From Mobula hypostoma (taxonomy: Eukaryota), in contig NC_086097.1 in assembly GCF_963921235.1 (NCBI RefSeq), forward strand, positions 32,180,001 through 32,244,000: a DNA stretch of 64,000 bases. Reading direction: 5' to 3'. A program made the position numbers and the translations under genes. The notes under the pieces are model-generated. The model saw only the letters and a program-made list of their open reading frames with translations, had not been told where the DNA came from and did not search any database. Shown here one piece after another: positions 13,051 to 24,064 of this stretch; position 1 is the stretch's first letter; the number at the start of each line of letters is the position of its first letter.

Positions 13051-16000
13051 TTTAAGTCAGTTAGCGAGGGTGTTGTTTCATCCCTGTCTAGTGTGCGTCA
13101 CCATCAGACAAGAGATAATGAGCTGACAGCAACATCATGTTCTGTCTGTACCGCCAGCTGTCTCAAACCTCTCTTGGCACCTACCATTCTCCCAGTGTGA
13201 CAATGAGCCAAGGATCACTCTGTAATAAAAGGCTCCAGCCCCAACTAACAGCAGCCAGTGCATCTGAATGAGAGAGTTAAACCTGCGCCAGATACTCAAC
13301 AACACACTTGTGAGTCAGGGACAGGAAAATAAATTCAATAAGAACATGATGTTTTCTTGGTGATTATTTTTTGCAATTTTCCCAGAATCTATGAGCTGGC
13401 AGAGGCTGGAGACAAAAGGTGGGGAAAGGGATTAATTCAGCAGTTACTCTATTAAATTGACGCCTTCTTCATCCATCTGTGAGTTTATTGTTCTCTGTGC
13501 CACTCCACCGGCCCGTTTAAAAGGGGAAACAACAGTTCTGTCCAAAACCTCAGGACACGATAGAAAGCAGCCTCTCCTCCATGGACTGTCCATACTTCCC
13601 ACTGCCTCGGTAAAGCAGTCAGCATAATCAAAGACCTCACTCACCTCAGACATTCGCTCTTCTCCCCTCTCCCATTGGGCAGAAGATACAAAATCCTGAA
13701 AGCACGTACCACCAGGCTCAAGGACAGCTTCTATCCCACTGTTAGCAGACTATTGGAAAGTCCCCTAGTATGACAAGATGGACCCTTGACCTCACAGTCC
13801 ACCTCATTACGATCTTGCACCTCACTGCTCACTGCACTTTCTCTGCAATTGTAACACTTTACTCTGCACTCTGTTATTGATTTACATTTTAGTATCTCAA
13901 TGCACTGTTGTAATAATTTGATCTGTTTGAATAGTATTAAAGATAAGCTTTCACTGTGCCTCGGTACACGTGACAATTATAAACCCAGTTTTACATGAGG
14001 CATAGATCAAGTGGATAGCCAGAGACTTTTCCCAGTGGCTAATATGAGGGGGCATAATCCGAGATTGATTGGAAGGAAGTATGGAGGGGAGGGGAGGGGA
14101 AAGGGTAGGTTTTTTCTTGTGGTGGGTGCATGAAAAGTGCTGCCAGGACTGGTGGTATTGGCATATACATTAGGGACATTTGGCCCTCCATTTTTCTATT
14201 ATTCATGTGTCTCTCTATGTAGGAGGGAGAGTTAGAGTGATCTTAGTAGGCTGAAAGGTCAGCACAACATTGTGGGCTGATGTGTCTGTGCTGTATTGCT
14301 CTGTATTGTACTGTTCTATGTTCAATTTAATAACAAACTAATTTATCAATCCCAATTCTATCCCATCACTCTGCTGCCTCTCCCTCAGTCTGATGCTGCC
14401 CCCCCCCACCCGTGTACCCGGCTCTCCCTCCCCCTTCACTTCTCCATTCAATACCACCCCCAAACCCCCTCCACACCCCATCCGACTCTGCTCCTCCTTC
14501 CCCAGGGACACACCCCTCTCCCTTCACCAACTGCCCGCGTCCCTCTCCCACATCTGTTTGATTCTCTCTTTCCCTACCTGGTTCCTCTCTCCAATCCCAT
14601 GCCTCCACCCTCACCAGCCCATCTGTCCCTGCACTCACCTCTCCCTTGTCCATCTCTGCTCTTCCCTGATGAGGCCCAGAGTTGGCTTTGGGAGAGCCTC
14701 ACTTGAGGGGACATGTTGACAAGGTGTTGAGCTGGTCTTCTAAACCTAAGTCACAGAGCAATACAACATGGATACAGGCCTTTCGGCCCAACCAGTCCAT
14801 GCCGCTCATAGTGGTATTCAGCTGGTCCTGATCTCCTGCGTTCAGCCCACATCCCTCTAGGCCAAGGCTTCCCAACCTGGGGTCCATGGATCCCTTGCTT
14901 AATGGTTTTGGTCCATGGCATAAAAAGGTTGAGAACCCCTGCCCTAAGCCTTACCCTCCAGGTGCCTACCCGAATGCTTCTTAACCTCACAAGGAGATGT
15001 TGAGTTAGGCCCTTCGGTAGGAGTCCATGTCGACCACATAGTTACTCCCAATTTCCTGCATTCGGCGTCACCCCTCCCTGTACCTTCCCTGGTGCTTCTC
15101 AAATGATACTATTGTACCTGCCTCAACCACGTCCTCTGGCAGTTCGTTCCAACCCTCTGTGTGGAAAAAGCTCTTCTTAATCTTTCCCCTCTCACGCTAA
15201 ATCTACATCCTCTCGTTTTGACTCCTGTACCCCGGGGAACTGACAATTACTATCTAGCTTATCCATGCCTCTCATAATTTTAAACATCTCTGTAAGGTCG
15301 TCCCCTCATTCTCCTACATTTCAAGGAATAAAGACTTTATCTGGCCAACCTCTCCCTATAACTCAGGCCCTCTAGTCCCTGCATCATTCTTGTAAATCTT
15401 CTCTGCACTGTTTCCAGATTAACCAAATCTTTCCTATAGCAGGGTGACCAAACCCATGCAGCTCTCCTGATGAAGGGTCTCACCCCATATCATTGACAGT
15501 TCATTCCTCTCCATAGATACTGCCTGGCTTCTGAGTTCCACCAGCATTCTGTGTGTGATGCTCCGGATTTCCAAGAACTGAAGAATCTTTAGTCTTTATG
15601 TGTAGCACTCCAAGTGCAGTCTCACCACAACTTGGGACGTAACGTCCCAAACCCTATGCTCAGTGCCTTAACTAATGATGGCCAGTGTGCTAAACACCTT
15701 TCTCACCACCTTGTCTATCTGTGGTGCTGCTTTCAGTGAACTACCCACTTGTACTTCTAGGTCCCTCCGTTCCGTTGCCCCACAATGCCCTACCATTCAC
15801 AATACAAGTCCTACGCAGGCTTGACTTTTCCAAAATGCACCCCTTCACCTTTATCTATAAGGTCCATTCAAGTCCATTTGTCACTCCTCAGCCCGCATCC
15901 CTAACTGATGAAGATCCTCCTTGTAATCTACAATAACCTTCTCCACCATGGACAACACCTGACACAGCTGCAACATACTGTCCCAGTTCCAATACCTAAT

Positions 16001-17851
16001 GCCCTGACTGATGTCGATGAGCATGCTAAATGCAGGCTGAGTGTCCAGCAAAGAGATTCCCAGGTGGACAGAGAGAAAGATCCTTGAAGAAACACAAAGT
16101 CCCCACTGCCTCCTGGGAAAGTCTGGCTCCAGTGGAGGAGGGTCATTTGGGATGGGAAGGAGAACTTTGATTCCATGCGTGAGGACGTGGAGACCCTGTG
16201 TGAGTGTTATAGAACTGTACAGCACAGAACCATGCCCTTCAGCCCATCTAGTCCATGCCAAATCATTATTCTGCTTAGTCCCGTCAACCTGCACCCAGAA
16301 CATAGCCCTCCATAACCCTTCCATCGACATACTTATCCAAACTTCTCCTAAACGTTGCAACTGAACCCGCATCCACTTGTTCCACTCATAACACCCTCCG
16401 AGTGAAGAAACATTTCACCTCAACATTTCATCTTTCACCCTTAACCCATGACCTCTAGTTCTAGTCACACCCAACCTGAGTGGAAAAAGCCTGCTTGCAT
16501 TTGCCCTAGCTATACCCCTCATAATTTTGTATACCTCCATCAAATCTCCCCTCATTCTCCTGTGCAACAGGAGAACACACACCATAGTACAATAGTCTCT
16601 GTTTTATTATTTCTACATTATTATTGCACATTATTGCAAATTATTGCACATTGGTAAATTATTATTGTGTATATTATTATTCTCTATCTATTACTGGTTT
16701 AGTCTGCACACTGCTAAGTGTGTTTTTAAATGTTGCTGCTGTAACGAAAGAATTTCCCACTCAGGATCAATAAAGGATTTATTATTATTAAAGTCTAGGG
16801 AATAAAGTCCTAACTTAGTCGAGTTTTTCCAAGTCAAGTCCTCACTTCCCAGCAACATCCTTGTAAATTTTCTCCGCACTCTTCCGATCTTATTGAAATC
16901 CTTCCTGCAAGGGTGACCAAACTGCTCTGCTCTAACACAGAAAAAGGTGGGTGCGTGGACCACACTGCCAGTGGCGATGGTGGAGGCTGATACACTGGGG
17001 ACATTTACGTGACTCTGAAATAGACACATGGATAATAGGAAAATGGAGGGCTGTGTGAGAGGGATTTAACATGGAATAGGCTGTTACAACATTGTAGGCC
17101 GAAGGGCCTGTACTGTGCTGTAATGTTCTATATTCCACATCGGGAGAAGGGCCAGCAAACTGTTGCTCTAACGGATGAATGAAACTTTTTGATGGGCTCA
17201 GTGAGAAGATAATAATGTGGAGTGATTTCTGTCGCTGAGCGGTGCTTTAATAAATTAAATTGTCTTCTCATCAGGTACAACATAATGTGAGCTTCTGAAC
17301 ATCTATCGCCACGTGATCAGACTTCCAGGAACACATTCAAACGGAGTCGGTAACCCAGGGCAACAGACTGGTTTAATGAATAGAGCATGACTGGTTGAAC
17401 CTGAACTTGTTTAAATATTAACTTCTCTCTGCAGCTCTGCCTGAAGTGTGAAAACAAACTACCTGCGTCTCCCTCCCCCCCACTACTGACAGAGACAAAT
17501 CTGATGGGAGGGGAGGGGACTGGACGGTGGAGAAGGTGTTCCGAGACAATTGGCTGGAAGAGGTCAGTGTCTGAACCAGTGCCCAGTCTGGGTTTACAGG
17601 GACTGAGAGGGCGGGGGAGGGGGGGGCATGATGGTCGGTCACACCCTGCCTGCTGAACAGGGCGAAGGGGTGCACATTGAAACACATCTGCTTCCAGGGT
17701 AGGGACGAGCACTTGGACTCTCACCTTGAACTCTCGGCTCCCATCTAGCGTTCATCAAGAGGCAATTCTGTGATCTCAGAGCCAGCGATAGGAGACAGCA
17801 CAGAGCATTTTGACCAGTACAGCAATCACTATTAAACACTGCCTGTGTATG

Positions 17852-17889
<38 letters not shown>

Positions 17890-17901
<12 letters not shown>

Positions 17902-18120
17902 CCGGAGGAACTCAGCAGGTCAGGCAACATCTATGGAAAAGAGTAAACAGTCGACGTTTCGGGACGAGACCCTTCATCAGGACATCAGGACTGATGAAGG
18001 GTCTCGGCTCAAACCGTCGACTGTTCATTCATTTCCATAGGTGCTGCCAGACCTGCTGAATTCTTCCAGCATTTTGTGTGTGTTGCTTTGGATTTCCAGC
18101 ATCTGCAGATTTTCTCATGT
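17890..18120. mobile_element. Palindromic MITE-like element made of two inverted Penelope terminal repeats
   Basis: Arm cacacaaaatgccggaggaactcagcagg...ccttcatcag is the reverse complement of arm ctgatgaagg...cctgctgaattcttccagcattttgtgtg; the same sequence ends the Penelope element at about 30220-30315. Confidence 0.85.
17950..17983 (-). ncRNA. Minimal type I hammerhead ribozyme motif (Penelope-type)
   Basis: Minus strand reads GTC-CTGATGA-A-GGG-TCTCGT-CCC-GAAA-CGTC-GAC: both core boxes, stem II, palindromic ACGT stem III, GUC cleavage triplet and GTC/GAC stem I. Confidence 0.75.
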
Positions 18121-18697
18121 TTGTGGTTTCCCCCCAACCTTGTACAGCCCTGCCCATGTACCATACCCATGCCCATGTCAGCCCTACCCACGCACAATGA
18201 CTGCGTACCACACTGTTTACATACAGTCCTAAATGGACACTGAACCCATGAGATTACCTCACTTTTTAAATACATATATTAGTTCTGTTTCTGCACTATG
18301 TTAACCTGTTTAATATACATATACTTACTGTAATTGATTTACTTATTTATTTTTTCTTTCTATATTATCGTGTATTGCATTGAACTGCTGCTGCTAAGTT
18401 AATAAATTCCACAACACACGCCGGCAATAATAAGCCTGATTCTGATTCTGATGTATCACGCTGCCTGCATGCGCCTCTCAGAGGGGTGCTCAGGGGAGTG
18501 GTGGGTGCAGTTTGATTGTAACATTTAAGAGAAGTCTGGTTAAATCCATGGATGGGAGGTGTACAGAGGGCGAATGTCCAGGTGCAGGTCAATGGGACTA
18601 GGTAGAAGAACAGTTCAGCATGGATTAGACGGGCCAAAGGGCCTGTTTCTGTGCTGCAATATAGTACTTTATGACTCCATGACTCCTGTGTACGATG

Positions 18698-19170
18698 TCC
18701 CCACGTACGCCCCTGCCCGCACATTTCTCTCCCACGTACGCCCCTGCCCGCACATTTCTCTCCCACGTACGCCCCTGCCCGCACATTCCTCTCCCACGTA
18801 CGCTCCTGCCCACAAATACCTCTCCCACGTACGCCCCTGCCCGCAAATTTCTCTCCCACGTATGCCCCCACCCGCACATTCCTCTCCCACGTATGCCCCT
18901 GGCCACAAATTTCTCTCCTATGTATGCCCCTGCCCACAAATACCTCTCCCACGTACGCCCCTGCCTGTACATTTCTCTCCCACATACACACCTGCCCACA
19001 AATACCTCTCCCACGTACGCCCCTGCGCGCAAATTTCTCTCCCACGTACACGCCTGCCTGCACAGTTCTCTCCCACGTACACACCTGCCCGCACATTTCT
19101 CTCTTGCATACAGCCCTGCCCTTGCACTTCTTTCGCATGTTCGGCCCTGCCCGCATATTTCTCTCCCACC
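18698..19170. repeat. 31-bp CpG-rich minisatellite (cccacgtacgcccctgcccgcacatttctct)
   Basis: Units start at 18731, 18762, 18793, 18824 and onward; about 15 copies. Confidence 0.95.
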
Positions 19171-19632
19171 TTCCTTCCTTCTCTTACTCTCCCTGCCCAG
19201 CAGATCTTCCAGTGGCCACTAGGTCCTCAGGGACAGCCACTATTCACTGTCCGCCTCTCTGCCCCACTCCCCTCTCTCCTCCATCTGATTATCACACACA
19301 CAGAAAGACCCTTCCACCTACAATGTCTGTGCTAAACATCATGCCAAATTATAAACTAATCCCTTCCGCCTACAAAATGTCCACACCTCTCCATTTCCTG
19401 CACATAACAGGTGTCTGTTTAATGGCCTCTTAAACACCTCTGCTGAATCTGTCTCCACCAGCACCCCCTGCAGCACATTACACACACACACCGCTGTCTG
19501 TCTGAAAAACTTGCCCCACACACCTCCTTTGAAAGTACCCCTTTGCACCTTAAACACATGCCCCTGATACTAAGATTTTGACTCTGAGGAAAGAGATACC
19601 ATACCAACAACTCACTATCAATCGAGCAGACA

Positions 19633-19960
19633 GGGGGCGCTTTGGTGGCATAGTGATTAGCTCACGGTTTACAGTGCCAGTGACCCAGATTCAATTCCCG
19701 CCACTGCCTGTAAGGAGTTTATATGTTCTCCCCGTGACTGTGTGGGTTTCCTCCGGATGCTCTGGTTTCCTCCCACAGTCCAAAGGCATATGGGTCAGGG
19801 TTGGCAAGCTGTGGGCATGCTATGTTGGCACTAGAATGTGTGGCGACACGTGGGCTGGTTGCTGAACATCCTCAGACTGTGTTGGTTGTTGATGCAAGTG
19901 ACCCATTTCACTGTACGTTTCAATGCTTCAATGTACATGTGACAGATATGGCTAATTTTT
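19633..19960 (+). mobile_element. tRNA-derived V-SINE (HE1-like)
   Basis: A-box tggcatagtg, B-box-like ttcaattccc, V-domain tgttctccccgtgactgtgtgggtttcctccggatgctctggtttcctcccacagtccaaag; relatives near 3170-3375, 12000-12200, 20385-20640, 33825-34010, 42740-43030, 43750-43905, 56950-57150 and 63230-63555. Confidence 0.8.
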
Positions 19961-20960
19961 AATCTTTCAACTTTTAATCTTTGGGGTAGGCCACTGCTGG
20001 GAATGCCAATGTTCCCTGTCCCACCTCTACCCACACCTGTCCTCTGCAGCCACCACCTCTCCACTCAACTGCACTCACTGCCTCCGTTTTAAATTCCTCA
20101 TCCTTGCCCCCACTATGGCCTCTGCCATCCCCTCTGGCCTTCTGACCAGTCTCTGTCTTCCTCCAGCCCCCACCCCCACCCCCACGCTCCCCATGCCACA
20201 GTGGTTTTCCTCGGAAAGACCCTACCCCTCCCTTCCCTGATCTCCCCTGCCCCTCTGACCCCCTCTTCAAGTGACGGTCAGGATTGGCCTGGCCTCCACC
20301 AGGTGCAGTGGGAGTGGTGTGTGAGGGGAGAAGGGGAGGGGGGGCGGGAAGGCAGGGGTCAGGAGAGGTGGGGAGAAATTACCTTTATTTGTCATTAGCT
20401 TTATTCAAAAACATCGAAACATACAGTGTAACGTGTCAACGGCCAACACAGTCAGAGGATGCTTCCAGTGCCTACATAGCGTGGCCCTAACACCTATATC
20501 TTTGGAAAGTGGGAGGGGTCCGGGATATCCGGAGGAAACTCACAGATAGAATGTACAAGCTCCTTACAGACAGTGATGGGAATTGAACTGATCGCTGGCA
20601 CTGTGAAGCGTTACACTAGCCACTACTCTGCCATGCACTACCAAAGGGTGTGGCTTCCTGGAGACACACAGCAGGGCAAAAGGCCATTCTGCCCACCTGG
20701 TCCCTGCCAGCCAAGACTGCCATGCAAGTTGTATTTGGCCCATCTCCCTCCCAACCTTTCTCATCCATCTACCTGTCCACGTATCTTTTGAACGTTGCTG
20801 ATGTACCTGACTCTACCACTTCTTCTGGCAGCTCATTTAAGGTATGGAGCACAGATAAAGTCACCCCTTAGGTTCCAGATAAACCTACCCCCACCCACCC
20901 CCACCCTCAAACTGTGCCCACCCCTCCCTCACTCCCCAGTTTCCGATTCTTGACTCCTAC

Positions 20961-21101
20961 CTGTAACTTTTGGAGCTGCTCCTCCACACTACCCTGCATC
21001 GTCAGGGTCCAAGGCCCGGATCCTGGTAGTTCCCGGGTCGATTCCAGCCAACGCTCCAGTTCCAGCACCCGCTGTTGGCACTCATCGAGGCCCTGCAGAC
21101 C
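20961..21101 (-). CDS. SYNE2: Nesprin exon GLQGLDECQQRVLELERWLESTRELPGSGPWTLTMQGSVEEQLQKLQ
   Basis: 141 nt, phase 0-0, first AG after a long pyrimidine tract, donor CAG|GTAGGA; spectrin-repeat LExWL motif. Confidence 0.9.
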
Positions 21102-21244
21102 CTGCCATGGAGCCGGCAGCGGCGCGGGTAAGGGGTAGCGACAGGGGTGAGGGGAGAGGGCAAGAAAAGGGTGAGGGGGCGGGAGGGACAGGGGTTATAG
21201 AGTGGATGGGAAGTTAGTAGGGAAAAGGTAGGAGCAGGGGGAGG

Positions 21245-21890
21245 GAGGGAGAGAGTGAGAGGTGGGGAAGGAGTGAGTGAGTGACACAGGTAGGGGAAGG
21301 AGGGAAAGAGTGAGACAGGTAGGGGAAGGAGGGAGAGAATAAGACAGGTAAGGGAAGGAGGGAGAGAGTGAAGCAGGTAGGGGAAAGAGGGAGAGAGTGA
21401 GACAGGTAGGGGAAGGAGGGAGAGAGTGAGACAGGTAGGAGAAGGAGGGAGAGAGTGGGAGAGGTAGGAGAAGGAGGGAGAGAGTGAGATGTAGGGGAAG
21501 GAGGGAGAGAGTGAGACAGGTAGGGGAAGGAGGGAGAGAGTGAGACAGGGGAAAGAGAGAGTGAGACAGGTAGAGGAAGGAGGGAGAGAATAAGACAGGT
21601 AGAGGAAGGAGGGAGAGAGTGAGACAGGTAGGGGAAGGAGGGAGAGAGTGAGACAGGTAGGGGAAGGAGAGAATGAGACAGGTAGAGGAAGGAGGGAGAG
21701 AGTGAGACAGGTAGAGGAAGGAGGGAGAGAGTGAGACAGGTAGGGGAAGGAGGGAGAGAGTGGGAGAGGTAGGAGAAGGAGGGAGAGAGTGAGATGTAGG
21801 GGAAGGAGGGAGAGAGTTAGACAGGTAGGGGAAGGAGGGAGAGAGTGAGACAGGTAGGGGAAGGAGGGAGAGAGTGAGACAAGTAGGAGA
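21245..21890. repeat. 29-bp purine-rich minisatellite (gagagagtgagacaggtaggggaaggagg)
   Basis: Directly visible tandem units. Confidence 0.95.
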
Positions 21891-22579
21891 GAAAAAGCCA
21901 AAGGCTCAGAGCTCAGCTCGGTAGTTATTAATGAAAGAGAACTTGCAGAGTTCACCTGGGCAGGTGACGCTGAGGCCGGCTCTGATTGGTGGAACAGAGT
22001 GACAGGGCGGTGATGTCAGGGCTGAACATTCCATGAGCCAGCAGTGGGACGGTGCCTAGCATTTGCTCTGCTGCCTGGCAGTGCAGGCAGGGAATAGGAC
22101 ACAGTCCGCCTCAACCAGAGAGATGGAACCCCACCCACTCACAGCAGCACCAGAAGTGACAGAGAGAGGCCAAAGCTATAAGACCATACAACTATAAGAC
22201 ATAGAAGCAGAATTAGGCCGTTCAGCCCAACAAGTCTGCTCTGCAATTCAATCATGGCTGATTTATTCCCAGTGCCATTCTCCAGCCTTCTCCCTGTAAT
22301 TTTTGATTCCCTTACGAATCAAAAACCTATCAACTCCCAGTTTAAGTGTACCCAATAACTTGACCGCCACAGCTGTCTGTGGCAAGGAATTCCACAGATT
22401 CACCATCCTCTCACCAATTCCTCATCTCTGTTCCAACAGGATGTCCTTCTGTTGTGATCTGTGCCCCCTGGAGCTAGACTCTCCCTTTGTTAGAAACATC
22501 CTTTGCAAGTCCTTCATCTAGTCCTTTCAATGAGATCCTCCCTCATTTGTCTAAACTCTGGTGAGTACAGGCCCAGAGA

Positions 22580-23420
22580 CATTGTGCTCCTTGTCAAAAG
22601 TGGTGACGAATCAGCATATAGGAGGAGGTTGAAAATCTGGCTAAGTGGTATCATAACAGCAACCTTTTACTCAAGGTCAGCAAGACCATGGAGCTGATTA
22701 CTGACCTCAGGAGGAGGAAATTGGATGTCCATGAGCCAGTCCTCATCAGGGTATCAGAGCTGGAGAGGGTCAGTATCTTTAAATTCCTCAGTGTTATCAT
22801 TTCAGAGGATCTGTCCTGGGCCCAGCACGTAAGTGCCATTACGTAGAAAGCTCTGCAGCAACTCTACTTCCTTAGAAGTTTGCAAAGTTCTGGCATGACA
22901 CCTGAAACTTTGACAAACTTCTATAGATGTGTGGTGGAGAGAATATTGACTGGCTGCATCACTGCCTGGTATGGAAATGCCAATGCCTTAAATGGAAAAT
23001 CCTACAATAAGTAGTGGATGTGGCCCAGTCCATCACGGGTAAACTCCTCCCCACCACTGAGCACATCTACACGGAGCATTGTTGCAGGAAAGCAGCACCA
23101 ATCATCAGAGACCCCCAACATGCAGGCCATACTTTCTTCTTGTTGCTGCCACCAGGAAGGTGGTACATGAGTCTCAGGACTCACACCACCAAGTTCAGGC
23201 ACACTTATTACCCCTCAAGCATCAGGCTCCTAAACCAGAGGGCACAGCTTCACTCAGCTTCACTCGCCCCATCACTGAACTGTTCCCACAACCTATGGAC
23301 TCACTTTCAAGGACTCTTCATCTCATGTCCTTGATATTCAGTGCTTATTTATTTATTTCTAATTATTTCGCTTTTTCTCTTTCTTTTTATATTTGCACAG
23401 TTTGTTGTCTTTTGCACATT
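22580..23420 (+). mobile_element. Rex1/Babar-type LINE 3' fragment
   Basis: Degenerate DESAYRR, FKFL, LYFLRSL, FYRC..E.IL..CITAWYGN and HTFF.LLP.GR motifs. Confidence 0.8.
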
Positions 23421-24064
23421 GGTTGAACACCCTGCTGGTGCAGTCTTTCATTGATTCTAGTACCAAAGCCCATAAGACAAAGGAGCAGAAGTCAGCCATT
23501 CAGCCCATCGAGTCTGCTCCATCATTTTATCATGAGCTGATCCATTCTCCCATTTAGTCCCACTCCCCCGCCTTCTCACCATAACCTTTCATGCTCTGGC
23601 TACTCAGATACCTATCAATCTCTGCCTTAAGTACACCCAATGACTTGGCCTCCACTGCTGCCTGTGGCAACAAATTCCATAGATTCACCACCCTCTGACT
23701 AAAAAAATATCTTCGCATCTCTGTTCTGAATTACAGTTATTGGATTTATTGAGCATGTCCATAAGACAATGAATCTCAGAGTTGTATATGGTGACATATA
23801 TGTACTTTGATAATAAATTTACTTTGAACTTTAGCCCTTTGATTCCCAGGATCATTTTCATGAACCTTCTCTGGACCTTCTCCAACGCCAGCACATCCTT
23901 TCTTAGATAAGGGGACTAATGTTGCTCACGATACTCCAAATGTGGTGCTACCAATGCCTTATGAAGTCTCACAGTTCCCCGAACAGGTTTCCAAGATGAC
24001 TCAAGGGTTAAAACAGAACCCAGCATCTCAGGTGCTCCTCTCTCAAATCCACGATGCTCACCCT

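Noticed and set aside
14703..14745. Possible small exon GLEDQLNTLSTCPL
   Set aside because: Phases do not lead back into the nesprin frame; the acceptor abuts a CR1 tail
15466..15590. Additional hammerhead-like copies (also near 85-210, 30225, 33260, 40480-40650, 62700)
   Set aside because: CUGANGA or GAAA core is mutated or missing; counted as decayed Penelope terminal repeats, not active ribozymes
19633..19710. tRNA-like A and B boxes
   Set aside because: SINE head; no cloverleaf, so not a tRNA gene
21956..22074. Possible exon (26 nt from 21981 or 119 nt from 22074) with donor CAG|GTGAAC
   Set aside because: Splice signals look real, but neither version fits the phase-0 neighbours at both ends; unresolved without RNA data
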